NCBI GenBank assembly: GCA_951406725.2
Contig: OX597826.1
Span: 72,416,001-72,480,000, forward strand
Direction of reading: 5' to 3'
From: Octopus vulgaris
Lineage: Eukaryota
DNA length: 64,000 nucleotides
How positions within the stretch are numbered: the stretch's first letter is position 1; each line of letters begins with the position of its first letter. The position numbers and the translations under genes were made by a program. Shown here piece after piece: positions 13,163-26,443 of this stretch. A model generated the notes under the pieces. The model saw only the letters and a program-made list of their open reading frames with translations. It did not search any database and was not told where the DNA came from.

Positions 13163-13700
13163 CTTATATAAAATCCGTTGTCTGTCTGTGTGTGTGTCTT
13201 CTAGGATCTCGGGCATCCTCCATCCGATTGCGCTCAAATTTGATATGTAGATACCGACGGTATCAGGGCGTGTATAAGTCTTGAATAAATTACAAAAATC
13301 GATTCCAGGTGAGAATGCCATCGATAAAGCATTCTTTGGAATAGAAAAAAAAGTCAATCTTCATTTGCTGGTGTCTCAAATTTAGGTTAAATCAGTGTTT
13401 CTATGGGACGGTCGGACAAGTTGTTTTGAGAAAATTTGGTTTAAATGTTTGACAACTCAGTACCGTCCAGTGGACGGAGGAGGGGGGTGCACGATTTGCT
13501 CGTATATATATCGCAATAGGTATGTACGTTCCAGAGATCCAAGTGTCGCAAGTTAGGAAGTTTCGAGCATTTATGCAACTAGTATAGATGAGAAAAGATG
13601 GACAATATATGATAAAACGTTTATTAACATTTAAGTCACAGACTTTGTAAGGGATTTCAATAAGCCGATGGTCATCATACAATTCAGAGTTTAGCAACGA
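13162..13700 (+). mobile_element. Helitron-like element 5' portion (3' boundary uncertain)
   Basis: TCTTATATAAAA start followed by gtctgtctgtgtgtg and ccgattgcgctcaaatttg, typical of non-autonomous Helitron 5' ends. Confidence 0.45.
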
Positions 13701-13706
13701 AAGTTA

Positions 13707-13880
13707 TACAGTAATCCCTCGTTATATTGCGGTTTATGATTTAAGCTTACATCGATTCCCTTGTGGTGCTGTTTTGCATTTATAATAAAATACATATATG
13801 CAAATTATTAAAAAAAAACATAGTACAGTAGTCTCTACTTTGCGGATTTTCAACTATTGCGGGAGCTTTTGGAACGTTAT
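13707..13880 (+). mobile_element. Tigger/pogo-like MITE remnant (second terminus copy at ~14356)
   Basis: TA-CAGTAATCCCTCG terminus and gcggattttcaactattgcggg...ggaacgt subterminal motif. Confidence 0.5.
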
Positions 13881-13938
13881 GTATACATATATATATATAT
13901 ATATGTTAGAAGTATTGGGGGTGATGTACATATTTAAT

Positions 13939-14102
13939 ATATATGAAAGAAAAAAGATGTTCAGAATGATGGATGGTTGTAAAAATACATATTTATTTAC
14001 ATATCTTCATATTAGCGCTTTCAACTAATATGAAGATATGTATATAAATATATATTTTTACAACCGTCCAGCATTCTGAACATCTTTTTTCTTTCATATA
14101 TA
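13939..14102. mobile_element. Short ~165-bp palindrome embedded in TA repeats
   Basis: gaaagaaaaaagatgttcagaatg ... cattctgaacatcttttttctttc inverted arms. The centre reads GAAAGCGCTA on -. Confidence 0.75.
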
Positions 14103-14106
14103 TATA

Positions 14107-14137
<31 letters not shown>

Positions 14138-14265
14138 GTATCTCTATATATATGTATATTTATATATATAAATATACAAATCTATATAAACATATATATA
14201 TATGCATATAGATATATATATCTATATGCATATATATATGTATATGTATGTATATATGTATATGC

Positions 14266-14309
<44 letters not shown>

Positions 14310-14399
14310 CTATATGCATGTATATCTATCTGTCTATCCTTGTTGCTTATATATATACAGTAATCCCTCGACTATATATATATATAAGAGAAGCGAGTA

Positions 14400-14750
14400 C
14401 GCTGAAGGAAGATGAACATTGCCTGTGCTACTTTGTACCGCATCGAGATTGAGGTCCAACAGTTAAACTCAACCAAGAACCCCAAACTAGAAAACTACGT
14501 AAAAATACTAAAAAAGCCTTCGAGAAGAGAGAGAAGAGAATGCAGAGAAATCAAAGGAGATATCGAGAGGGCGGGGGGGAGGGGTGTCGTTATCTGGGAC
14601 GATGATTGGACGTTTTATGAAGCATGTGACCACCATCCGCCAAAAGATGATGGGTAGGGTCCATCGAAATTGTCGCACCTGCGCAGTTGCCGTAACCGAT
14701 CGTCTCCCTCCTCCTCCCCCCTCCCTTCCACATTCCTTCTCGTTCTCGCA

Positions 14751-14790
<40 letters not shown>

Positions 14791-14949
14791 AATTAATGTT
14801 GGTTTGTGTCGAGGAGTGGAACACCAATCTTCCGGGGGACCAGTTTGTTATCTTTTGCTCTGCTTAAGACCGAATCGAAACAGGACTGTTACGGAAGGAA
14901 AAAGCCATCTGCTAAATCGTAGCCAGACCAATATATCTGTTTCAACAAT
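14400..14949. promoter_or_regulatory. CpG-retaining promoter / 5' UTR region of the FKBP12 gene, with a (CT)n tract
   Basis: Locally higher GC and CpG, (CT)n at ~14755-14788, directly upstream of ATG 14950. Confidence 0.55.
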
Positions 14950-14986
14950 ATGGGCGTTACAATTGAGAAAATTGTTGAAGGCGACG
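14950..14986 (+). CDS. FKBP1A: FKBP12-type peptidyl-prolyl isomerase, coding exon 1 (MGVTIEKIVEGD-G)
   Basis: Matches the FKBP12 N-terminus (MGVQVETISPGDG). 37 nt, then donor gtaaga. Confidence 0.93.
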
Positions 14987-16261
14987 GTAAGAAAAACCGA
15001 ATCTGGCTTGTTATTGTTCTTTTTACTGTTGTTATATATGTATATAGGTTATATATAAAAGCACGTATGTATGTACATATATATATATATACGTGTGTGT
15101 GTGTGAGAGATTTATATAGGCTATATATATATATAGGTTATAGATCTCTATCTATCTCTATATACAACGCATATAGAAATCGTAATAGTGATCATTGAAT
15201 TGACTCCCGAATCAACGATACAGGTTCGATCCTTGGTGGGAAGAAAACTATTTTTCACCTACATTACTTGCCCTCACAAAGAATTCGGGGGCTAATGCAG
15301 TAGCCCCAATTTTCATCAGAAATTATTATTTCAAATATCGCCGAGGTCCACGTTGCCTTTCTTTTTTTTTTACTGGGGGTATATAAAACAAGTACTAAGT
15401 CAAGTACTAGGGTAGCTTTAGACTACTATTTCCTCCCACCAAATTCGTGGCCGTGAGCCAATGTTAGGAATTATTATTATTATTATTGTTGTGAACTGGC
15501 CTAGACAGTACGGTTGTTACTGGACTACATTGTTGCTGCATCTAATTTCGTTCCTAAGTTCAAAACTCACTGAGAATGACTTTAGCCTTCAACTCCATCC
15601 GATGATCGTCAACAAGATATACTGGAGCCAACTTGATCGGTTGTTAATTATTCGTCCTCTTGTATGCATAGTCAAAACGAAATATTTACCATAATTATCA
15701 CTACCTCTAAAACCATAAATCACTATAATTATCATCATCACCATCATTATCATTACCGTCATCATCAATTCTTTTCCCCTTCATCATCGCCATCATTTAT
15801 CACCACCAGCTGCATCACCATCGTTATTTATCATTATCTCCAAGAAGATAGATAAAACATCGGGAAGAGAGAGAGTTGTAATTTGTGTAGTAACTACTTC
15901 ATTGCGGCATTATTCCGAGTTGAAATCATGTAGGGAACCAACCTTTGTTGCTGTTTTTATCATTCGGGTAACAGGGAAGATTAAATGCGAAGGATCTTCA
16001 ATTTCCTTGACTAAAATTGCCCTTTCCTATGCATTAAGAAACGGGCATTGTTCTTAATGAAACAACTTCTTGGTAGATGGAGTGCCCGATTAGTTACACT
16101 ATTTTAGTCTATATATTTTGACCCAACAACATGGTGACAGTAACAGTAGACTGACAATAACATTAGATTGATAGTAACAGTCTATGGACAATCATGTTTG
16201 GATACCCTTCGTCCTTTTCCTTTCTGGGATTGATAAAATAATGTCCTAATCAACTGGAGTC

Positions 16262-16590
16262 AGAAGATCTTGACCGCCGGGATGGCAAGCGCCCCTGACG
16301 GAATAACCTTCTTTATAGGATAGAGGCAAATCTCTAGTCTGGGGCGTGACGCGCTGGTACGTCCTACGGCTCCAACCTTGATGCATCGGCCTCAAATCCA
16401 GGTGTCGTAACTCGGAGGCGAGGAAAATAAAACAAATACAGGAGTCTCTGGTCGGCCACTATCTGCTTTTGCCAGTTGCCATCGACATCTCAAGTGCTCT
16501 TCGAATCCGCACTGCTGGTTAACCCAGCAAAATCGGTATAAACTGCAGTCCGTCTGAGAAATGATCCTCGCGAGGTAGGGTGGCTGTTGC
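16262..16590 (+). mobile_element. CRE-like non-LTR retrotransposon fragment (restriction-like endonuclease)
   Basis: Frameshifted RRDGKRP-DGITF...GKSLVWGVT matches the DGKRPDGxTLxPWxxGKxLVWDxT motif. CpG-rich. Confidence 0.65.
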
Positions 16591-17929
16591 AGCGATGTCG
16601 CTGGCCTTTCTCCGCGACAACGCCCTGGCATCTGGCGAGGTGTGACTGAACACACCATTTGATCTGAGTTGCACAACCTGTTACTCCCTCCCTTCCATGT
16701 GTTGTTGCTTAACCCCGCCTCCCTTTTCCTGTTATTTCTTCCTTGGTGAGCTCTGGGTTTTTTCTCTGTAATTTTGATCGTTTATACTGTTAGTGTTTTT
16801 CTTTCTTTTCTTCCTATAAAAAGTATCTGAATTAATTAATAGATAAAAGAAAATTTTCAAACGTGCTGCAGTTGAAACAAAGTGTGCGTTTTTGTGCAGT
16901 ATCTTGTTACGGCACTTTATCTTCATCCCTCCTCGGTTGAAAAAGTAAATAAATACCAAACTTTGGGGATGGGGGTCCTTCTAATCGACTGTATTCTGCC
17001 ATCCAAATTTTCTGGCCTTGTAGGGCATCGGGAAAGATTCCTTTTAATATTTGTACTGAGTTCAAATCCCGGCGAAGTCAGCTTTGCCTTTCATGGTTGA
17101 TGAAATGAAGCACTAGTCAAGGGTTGACTAACCCCCTCCCCTCAAAATTTCTGACCTTCTGCCGAAATTAGTAATATTCCTCCTATTAGTAGAATCTTAC
17201 AACACCACACACTGTGCTCTCAATGATAATCTTTAGATTTTGTTTGTTGTTTAATACTAGGTCAACCCTGGTTACGCATGCTTATGATCACTGGCATTCC
17301 AACTGCGACCATCCTTTTACCAATGTTCTAGGAGTCCAGGACCACTTTATTCAACGAGTTTTTTTCTAAGAATGTAGGGTGTGATTTGAGAGGGATTGGC
17401 CTCTATTTCTAACATATTGAATGACCAAGTAGAGCAGACATGGGCAACCTTTTTCTAGAAGCAAGCTGCAGGAGATATGACTCATCATCAGGCAGGCTGT
17501 GCTACTAAAAGTTTTCGTTGGGCATGTCGTTCAGAAAGAGTCCTACGGGTCGCTGGTTGCCGACGACTCATGTAGGGCTTTTCTCATTAACTTTTGCTTT
17601 GTTTACGTATAATATGTTCATCCAGTTTAAAGAAATTATTTCATTTTGTTCAGTGAAATAAACTGGAATCAGGGTGGTTTTTTCTCACATTATCAGTTTT
17701 AGTTAAGATAACAGTTATCTATCCTACATATTTATCCAGAGTACTTCAGCCTTTTGATTAGCTAGAAATAACAGTAAAATCTTCAAATCACGTCCTGTTG
17801 TCTTAAAAAAGGGAAGGTCACATTGTCCAGTATAGTCTCAGATATTCTTGAAATAAAGTGATAACCACAGCTCGAATGCTTTGGATTGTTGGCCGGCTCA
17901 GTCAGGGATTCCCTTGGCACTGAGCAAAC

Positions 17930-18400
17930 AAGGGAGTCTCTCTCTGCTTGCTACGAATAGCTGTCTTCTTGAGTGCTGGACACGCGACTCTCCAAGAGAC
18001 TACTTGACAGCAAACTGATGGAAGGCAAGCGCATGCAAAGTGGACAGAAAAAGTGCTTCAAGGACACACTCAAAGCCTCACTGGCGCAGCTTTGTGAGGA
18101 AACCTGACACTTGGGAAATACAAGCACAAGACTGTCCTACCTGCTGAGGTTGCACCAACAGAGGTGCCATCTCCAGTGAACAGGACAGGATTGCAAAGGC
18201 ACAAAGAAAACACAAACTGGGCCAAGTCCAGAGCCAATTCCTTGCCTTCGGTCCTAGCAGACCACCAGTGCCTGACCCTATAGCAGAACCTTCTGAGCAC
18301 ACATTGGATTGATTGGCCACAGCCAAACACATGTGACCTGTCTTCTCCATGTGATACCCTTGGTCATCATCGACAATGATGGACGAACTAATAATGATGA
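17930..18400 (+). mobile_element. RTE (BovB-like) LINE 3' end, decayed
   Basis: RLSKRLL...GQKKCFKDTLKASL...ETWE...RTF*AHIGLIGH, ending catcgacaatgatggacgaac plus a simple repeat. Confidence 0.7.
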
Positions 18401-18671
18401 TGATAATAATACTTTCTACTAAAAGGCTGGAAATTTTGGGAGAGGGAGCAAGTTGATTACATCAACCCAAGTGCATAACTGGTACTTATTTCACTGACTC
18501 CGAAAGGACGAAAGGCAAAGTCGACCTCAGCAGAGTTTTAACTCAGAACATAAGGACAGACAAAATGCTACCAAGCATTTTGCCTGGCATGCTAACGATT
18601 CTGCCAGCTTGCAGTCTTAATAATAATAGATCTCAATAGATGTAATAGATATCTTTAAAAAAGGACATATT

Positions 18672-19089
18672 GAAATCTATCAACATCAATGGAATTTGTA
18701 GCCGTGATACCAGTGCCGGTGGCACGTAAGAGAACCATCCGAACGTGGCTGTAGCCAGCGCCACCCAACCGGCCTCCGTGCCGGTGGCACGTAAAAAGCA
18801 CCATCTGACCGTGGCCGTTGCCAGCTTCGTCTGGTCCCCGTGCCGGTGGCATGTAAAAAGCACTGTCCGATCGTGGCCGTCTGCCAGCCTCATCTGACAC
18901 CTGTGCCGGTGGCACGTAAAAAGCACCCACTACACTCATGCAGTGGTTGGCGTTAGAAAGGGCATCCAGCTGTAGAAACATTGCCAGATCAGACTGGGCC
19001 TGGTGCGGCCTTCTGGCTTCCCAGACCCCAGTTGAACTGTCCAACCCATGCCAGCATGGAAAGCGGACGTTAAATGATGATGATGATGG
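18672..19089 (+). mobile_element. Family T tail
   Basis: Four units plus 3' block. Confidence 0.85.
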
Positions 19090-19310
19090 ATATTGTAGTG
19101 TTAGACATATAAATTAATGAAATGATTATTTTTTGATGTTGATCTACCATAGAATCAAAGATCTCAGTGCTTTAGATGAGTTGTGTCATCAACATGGGTA
19201 CATGCTGTACAAGAGTAACTCTATCGACAACATACACATACTGTACTAGAATCATGAGATATATCTGCATTGTACATCAAATCAGTAGCAATATTAACAC
19301 TATACATGAA

Positions 19311-19700
19311 TCTCTATATATAAAGCTGAAGTTGTCTGTGTATGGTAGGTTTGGTAGCCTTCAACTAACAGTATCTCCTCCGAGACCCTGCAGCGCAAGT
19401 TGACCAAAATTGAGAGTATGATAGAAGAAGGCTTGCTCTTCCTTCCATAGAAGAAAAAATTCAAATCTGACCATGTTAACACCAAAAATTATATACAACA
19501 AAAAGGTGCTTTTTTTCTATGAAAATCCCTATTCGTTACGATTTTTTGACTGCTGTGTTGCCATTTTTCGGTGTATTTCAACCAGAAAAATGTTCACTTA
19601 AAGAGAATAACAAGCTACATAAAGCAGAATTTTTACTTTTCAAAAATTCCAATTCTAAAGGGTTGAAACAAACCCGAGCAACGCCGGGCGATACTGCTAG
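19311..19700 (+). mobile_element. Non-autonomous Helitron (FKBP intron 1)
   Basis: A|TCTCTATATATAAAG ... CCCGAGCAACGCCGGG ... CTAG|T: AT target, no TSD. Confidence 0.85.
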
Positions 19701-21554
19701 TATTGTAATAAAGTCACTGAAGTATAAGGCAGCGAGCTGGCAGAAACATTAGCAAGCTGGGCGAAATGCTTAATGGTATTTCGTCTGTCTTTACATTCTG
19801 AGTTCAAATTCTGCTGAGGTCGACTTTGCCTTTCATTCTTTCGGGGTTGATAAATTAAGTACCAGTTGTGTACTGGGGTCCATCTGATTGACTGGACCCT
19901 CCGCCAAAATTTCGAGCATTGCAGCTAGAAGTAGAAAAGTAAAGTCGCTAAAGTTATATCAACAACATGCATGCTGTAGAGTCAATAGCTTCTCTTTTAT
20001 TCTTTCACTTGGTTCAGTCATTTGATTGTGGCCATACTGGAGCACCACCTTACAGGGTCTTTTAGTGGAAGATTTCGATCTCAGGACTTGTTCTTCGTAT
20101 GCCTAATACTTATTTTATCAGTGTCTTTTACTGAACTGCTAAGTTTGCTTAGCTATCTCAATTATATACATACATACTGTAGTAGACTTACTTTTGCCGA
20201 ACTGCTAAGTTACGGGGATGCAAACACACCAGCATCAGTTGTCAAGCGATGTTAGGGATACAAGCACAGATACACACACGATGGGCTTCTTTCAGTTTCT
20301 GTCTACCAAATCCACTTTCAAGGCTTTGGTCGGCCCGAGGCTATAGTAGAAGACACTTGCTCTAGGTGCCACGCAGTGGGACTGAACCCAGAACCATGTG
20401 GTTGGTAAGCGAGCTACTTACCGCACAGCCACTCCTGCATCTATTTGTTTTTACCAAAAGCAAAACAGCCTCGACCACGAAAGCAATTTATGACTTCCAT
20501 ACAAATACGCGTATAGTATGTATGGAAACAACAATATCAAGGTCAGCCATGTTCAGGCAGGCACACATTCATTCATTCTGCTTGTTGTTGGCAGAGGTAA
20601 TTGCGTTCTGAACTTCTCTGTGTTGTTTTTAGTCTGGCTTTTATATATTCATAACCACTTTCACTGTTGTTTCAGTCACTCCCTAAACAGAAGCTGTCAA
20701 CTACCTCTCGGTGGTTGTCTTCTAGGCTTTTGAAAAGCATTTAATGAATGTTCTTACTACTAACTACTTCTGTGCATCTGCTGCACATGAACTTGTTCTT
20801 TTCCTCTCAGCCAACCACAGCATCTCTTGGTGACTTTTAGTTTACGTTGGATGCACAGTATGGAATATAGAATTTCTGCACCTTGAATTGCATCTCTATT
20901 TCTTGATGGCAGTAGAGTTGTGTATTCTTTTCTGCTAATCAAGACTTTTATTTTTTTTGCTTTGCTAGGTTTACACGATGGTAAATTCAGTGTTGCAGAA
21001 CTGAAGCTTAGGTACAGGGTACCTTAAAATCCTAGCAAAGTAAATGCCAAATTTCTATGCATGACTGAAAATGTCTTGCAGAAAATATAGAATTGCTCTG
21101 CTTGAGAAGACATGTCAAGCTAAGTGAAAAAGAGGGTGTGGCCAGTCTAGCTCTCCACCTTACCATCTCCAGTCTTCTTCTTACTTGTCTTGAGCTGGCT
21201 TCATTCACCCGGGGTGGGTTGAGCTGGCTTCATTCATCCTCAATGCTGCATCTCTCACAAATGCCGACCAGGCCTGGCGATTTGAGGCTAACGACCGCGT
21301 GATCTCCAACCACTCCTTATTCCAGTGGTGAATGCCGTAGATATGGGGGCCTAGGTTGGGTTCCAGATCAGCCTTGACTGTCATCAGCCAGGTTTTTCAT
21401 TGTCCACAACATCGCTTTCGCCAACCCTGAAGGGGAGCTGGGGCAATTGCTTCATAGATGAATTCTCCTGGTTGACGACGGAGAGCATGACGCAGACGTC
21501 TCATTAGGATGACTTGTCGGAGGGAGGTGATTTTGCACTGGTATCGCACCAAGT

Positions 21555-21881
21555 TGTTGCCTGGCCCCCATGCCGGTAGCACGTAAAAGCATCATCCGTT
21601 TGTGTCCGTTGCCAGCCTCGCCTGGCCCCCGTGCCGGTGGCACGTAAAAACACCATCCGTTCGTGGCCGTTTGCCAGCTCTGTCTGGCATCTGTGCAGGT
21701 GGCACGTAAAAAGCACCCACTACACTCACGGAGTGGTTGGCGTTAGGAAGGGCATCCAGCCGTAGAAACACTGCCAAATCTGACTGGGCCTGATGAAGCC
21801 TTGCAGCTTCACAGACCCCAGTTAAACCGTCCAACCCATGCTAGCATGGAAAACGGATGCTAAATGATGATGATGATGATG
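21555..21881 (+). mobile_element. Family T tail
   Basis: Three units plus 3' block. Confidence 0.85.
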
Positions 21882-23129
21882 AAAGTGATGCCATCGTACA
21901 CGAAGGATGTGCTGCATCCTTCGTGTCCGATGGCATCACTTACCATCTCCAGTCAATCTGTCTAACCCATGCCAGCATGGAAAATGGACGTTAAATGATG
22001 ATGAGAGAGAGTATGATCTCACCTGGGGCCTACATGGCCACTACTGGCCAGAGTCAGACAGCGGTGGAAGGAGTCCAGGGAGGGGATTCCTCCTTTGGGA
22101 GGGGTGAAGCCCTGGATAAGAATAAGGAAGGTTTACTTTTAGATCAGGAACTTTTCCTCTGATTCTTTAACTGATTTATTTATAAGGTCATTGATATTCA
22201 AGGGTGCCACCAGACAGCCTGTCTTCAACTGCTCTACAGTGGTCTAGGAAATTATGGTAAAAGAAGAAGACTGAGGAATGCTTAGCTGCGTCTTTACATT
22301 TCCCCCGTCACCCTGCAAAGCCATTAAAAAATCAATAGAAATGACTTTTTTGTGAATTTCTATCCAAAACCCAATCAAAATGCCCGAAACTTGATACACC
22401 AATTGAATGCCAGCTAGCTGTATGTGATTGGTCAGAGATTTGGACAGTACTCGCGTGTATGTGCGCATGCACACAGCTGTATATGCATGCACTAGCACTA
22501 TGACCTGGCATTGCCAGGTCATAGTGCTAGTTCTAATATAAATAATCACGTCATTGAAGTCACCAAGCTATGAGATAATGCATGGTTAATTCAAAACAAT
22601 GTGGATAAATAAGCATTAAATTTGACAAAGTTACCTGAATGCTAAAGGACTAAAGGTATGTCTAAGTTACCAATGTATTATCACACTAATAAAAACACAT
22701 GGCTTATTAGGGGCCTTTTTTCTGATTGTATTACTTTCACAAGGTATTACAAAGAACTTCACCCAGAACTCTAGCTGCAGAGTAATTAATCCTGAGGAAA
22801 TTGAGTTACACATTGTAAGCGAAAGAATACTAGACACTATCATCTTGTGAGACTGTGTCTAGGTTAACACTGTGCCAGTGTTGTCTTAAGGCATGGGCGC
22901 TGTATACAGCTATCCAGGGACCTCTTGAGTTTAGGGACCCAGTTCTGATCTACGCATAGTGTGCCTTGCTATCAGTAAATAAATACTTTAGGGCACACTG
23001 TATTGATTTGCCTGGAGGCCTACAATGCTGCTAAGATGGCCCCGTACCATGGATATGTAACAGTGTCACCATTGAAACATTTAAATGACATCTAATTGTA
23101 GATTTATGCAGTTTGACATAGATTGAAAA

Positions 23130-23415
23130 TGTTTATCAACTTATAACAAAAAGAACCAAACAAGCTTTTCACAAACAGGTTTGATGAGATATCTCACTAA
23201 ATTAAATATAGATATGATAATGAATGCATGGAAATTCTTGTTGCTTTACAATGATTCCTACAGGATTAAAATAAGCAAAAGCCTCTTCAATGTATTTATG
23301 GGCAACTGCGACAGAACAGAAATAGTGGAGCTGTGCATCCTAAGCAAGCTAAAAGTAGGGGAGGCTGACATAGGTTTGTACAGAGATGATGGACTAGAGA
23401 TAATCCTTAATAGAA
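23130..23415 (+). mobile_element. Penelope-like element reverse transcriptase fragment (decayed)
   Basis: FNVFMGNCDRTEIVELC...IGLYRDDGL matches the PLE RT pattern FDVTMGSxDGAEVCELVG...LYRDDGL. Confidence 0.75.
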
Positions 23416-23419
23416 GCAG

Positions 23420-23700
23420 ATACAATATGGTCTTCTTGTTATGTTTGCCAGCAGTTGCTTGTAGTTCAGATGCTTTGTTTTCCCACCATGGGTTCTTTGT
23501 AGCTGATGACTTGGCTGAATTGTACTCCTTATGGGCAGAGTGCATTTCGTCAATGAATTTTGCAATGGCCTGATAGTTCTCATTGAACAAATCCTGATGT
23601 TTGTGCTTGGCAAAGCCAAGAACTTCAGACACTGTCTCATATGTAAGTTGCTTTAAGCTCTTTCTGTATTGTTCAATACTCAGTTTCATCCGATATGCTG
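23420..23700 (-). mobile_element. RTE LINE internal fragment
   Basis: EVLGFAKHKHQDLFNENYQAI...WWENKASELQ resembles the RTE EN-RT linker. Confidence 0.65.
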
Positions 23701-24061
23701 TTCAGAACTTTACCCAGGTTCTGCCCTAGTTTAGTGCTCTTTTCCTCTATCTTGTGTGCTAATACACGGGGCCTCTTTATAGGTTTGGTTCTGTGTCCAA
23801 GTTGTTTAGCTGTATATATTATGGACACGATGCACCCGACCAGCCTGTCATCTGACAATCTGCACCCCTGAGTGATCTGGTAATGTAAACATACTTTTGG
23901 TCTCTCTGCTGTACAATCACATAATCTAATCAGATGCCAACCTTTTGATTTAGGGTGCATCCAAGTTATTCTGTGTTTGTTGGCATGTTGGAAGACTGTA
24001 AATAATTCTTAGTTTGAACTTTCTGAATTTCGTCAGGAAGAGGTAACCATTAGAATTCTCC

Positions 24062-24440
24062 TTTCAAGTGCCATGCTTCCCTAGTATTCCTTTCCATGTA
24101 GAGTCATCCTTACCAACTCTAGTATTAAATCTCTCGTGGAGGCGCCATCCAGCCAAAATGCAAATATATGGGAAACTACCACCTGTGTCATCTCTTGTGA
24201 AAGGTAGGAGAGTCCAGTTTGCTGGACATTGTTGTAGAGCTGGAAAAGAGGTAATTTCTACTCTCCTCCTCTGGAAGCCATCTACTCGCAATGCCAGAGG
24301 GCGCACACTCTCCTACCCTGATGTAATCTCCAGGGATACAGGCATCCAGCAACAGGACCTCCGTAATGCTATGATGGACCGTGAAGTCTGGCGTAGCATA
24401 GTAAATTCCATTGTCTCGACCACGGTCGAACAATGATGAT
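24062..24440 (+). mobile_element. LINE (RTE/RTEX-like) 3' end, well preserved
   Basis: LNLSWRRHP...IYGKLPPVSSLVKGRRVQFAGHCCRA...DREVWR, ending in (tga)n. Confidence 0.8.
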
Positions 24441-24637
24441 TAAAGTCACTTGTGACAATTAACTTGTCTTTGTACAGCACTCTTGTAATTCCTGGAGTCA
24501 TCATAGAAGGCTTCTTTGGATTCCTCTGTGTGGGTTATGGTTGATGTATAGGTATTTATGATGGTAGTATGCTGGCTATTTGCCAATTCCAAGTGTAATG
24601 AGATGGTCATTGATTCCTTTCCGCTGTGAGCTAAACT

Positions 24638-24762
24638 GTCAGCTGTAGAAACTCTGCCAGATCAAGATTGGAGCCTGGTGCAACCATCTGGTTTGCCAGC
24701 CCTCAGTCAAAATCGTCCAACCCATGCTAGCATGGAAAGCAGACGTTAAACAAGGATGATGA
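24638..24762 (+). mobile_element. Family T extreme 3' fragment
   Basis: cagctgtagaaactctgccag...catggaaagcagacgttaaac. Confidence 0.75.
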
Positions 24763-25366
24763 TTACCCTGTCAAATGTCATGCTTATTTATTTACATTGT
24801 TTTGAATTAATTATGTATTATCTTCTATCTTTGAGGTTTTGATGATGCGTATATTTTTAGAAAAGCATTGTAGGATAGGTGTAAGAGGCCAGATCTGGCC
24901 AGTTTGAACATAAAACTGGGGAAAATATTTGGGTCACATACGGCCATTTTGAATGCTAGAAGTCAACATATTACTGTATGTGAATACTTGAAATCATGTT
25001 TTTTTTTAAAAATTATTCCACTGAATAAAGGTGGTGCTCCAGCATGACCATAGTAAAAGAGAGAGAGTGAACACAGCACTATACATTTTACTCCATTGTA
25101 CACCACTCTACCCACTGTTATACTCTTTTATACACACACCATACTCCACTTAACACACCACTTATATCTCACTGTATGTGTCATTGTACAACACCACTAT
25201 AAACACACTGTTCTCCACTAGAGCCTTGTGTACATGTTACTATACCCTACTCTACACACCACTGCAATCCGTTGTCTATGTTTTACTATATTTTATAATC
25301 CTAATACAGCCATATTTTTACTCATGTGACCTATTGCCGTTTAATGCCTTGTCTATCTGTTTTTAG

Positions 25367-25414
25367 GCCAAACTTTCCCCAAAAAAGGACAAAAAGCTAC
25401 CGTCCATTATGTAG
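25367..25414 (+). CDS. FKBP1A: FKBP12 coding exon 2 (GQTFPKKGQKATVHYV)
   Basis: ttttag acceptor, gtgagt donor, 48 nt, phase 1-1. Matches GRTFPKRGQTCVVHYT. Confidence 0.95.
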   Translation, partial: AKLSPKKDKKLPSIM

Positions 25415-26000
25415 GTGAGTTTATCATTTTATATTGACTCTGAATCTTAGTTCATCGTTTAAGAACCTCCAGGTGGGATGCTGGTTATTTGGTGTCCCAT
25501 CAGAATATATTTTGAAGATGACATTCATTTCATGTCCTCATTTGAAATTAGTTCCAAATCTATTTTGCAGGATCCAGCAAACTGTTTTTTTTTCTTCTTT
25601 TCATCCAATCAGACAATTCTGTTAACAAAATGAATGTTAAATGATGCTAAGTTGCTTTTTTGTTTGTCTTCTGTTTCAATAACCTGTTTTTTATGAGAAC
25701 ATTGTTTTTCTTTGTCAAATTACTCTGAATAATAGACATAGCTACTCATTAGGCAGTCTTCACAGTTTATAACTGGGTGCAGACATGGTTGTTGTTAAGA
25801 AGCTGGTTTCTAAACCATATGATCTCAGGTTCAGCCCTACTGCACAGCACTTTGAGCAAGTGTCTTCTACCACAGTCCTGGGCTGACCAAAACCTTGTGA
25901 GTGATTTGGAAATTGAAAAAAATCCATTGTCTGTATATATATGTATGTGTGTATATATATATATATGCATGTGTGTGTATATGTAAATATATATATATGC

Positions 26001-26032
<32 letters not shown>

Positions 26033-26443
26033 GTGTGTGCATGTGCATAGGAGTGGGTGTGGTAAGAAGCTTGCTTCCCAACCACATGGTTCTGGGTTCA
26101 GTCCTACTGTGAGACATCTTGGGCAAGTGTTTTCTACTATAACTTCAGGCCAACCAAAGCCTTGTGAGTGGATTTGGTAGATGGAAACTGAAGGAACCCT
26201 GTCACATATATCTATGTATGTGCATCTGTGTTTGACCCCCACTCCATTGCTTGACAACTGGGGTTGGTGTGTTTATGTCCCTGTAACTTAGCAGTTCAGC
26301 AAAAAAGATTGATAGGATAAGTACCAGGCTTTAAAAAAAATGTACTGGGGTTGATACATTCAGTTATAAATTCTTCAGGGTGGTGCTCCAGCATGGCCGC
26401 AGTCTAATGACTGAAACAAATAAATGATAAAAAGATATATATC

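Noticed and set aside
18710-18990. Family T units as twister or HDV-like ribozymes
   Set aside because: I could not fit the required conserved nucleotides and pseudoknots by eye.
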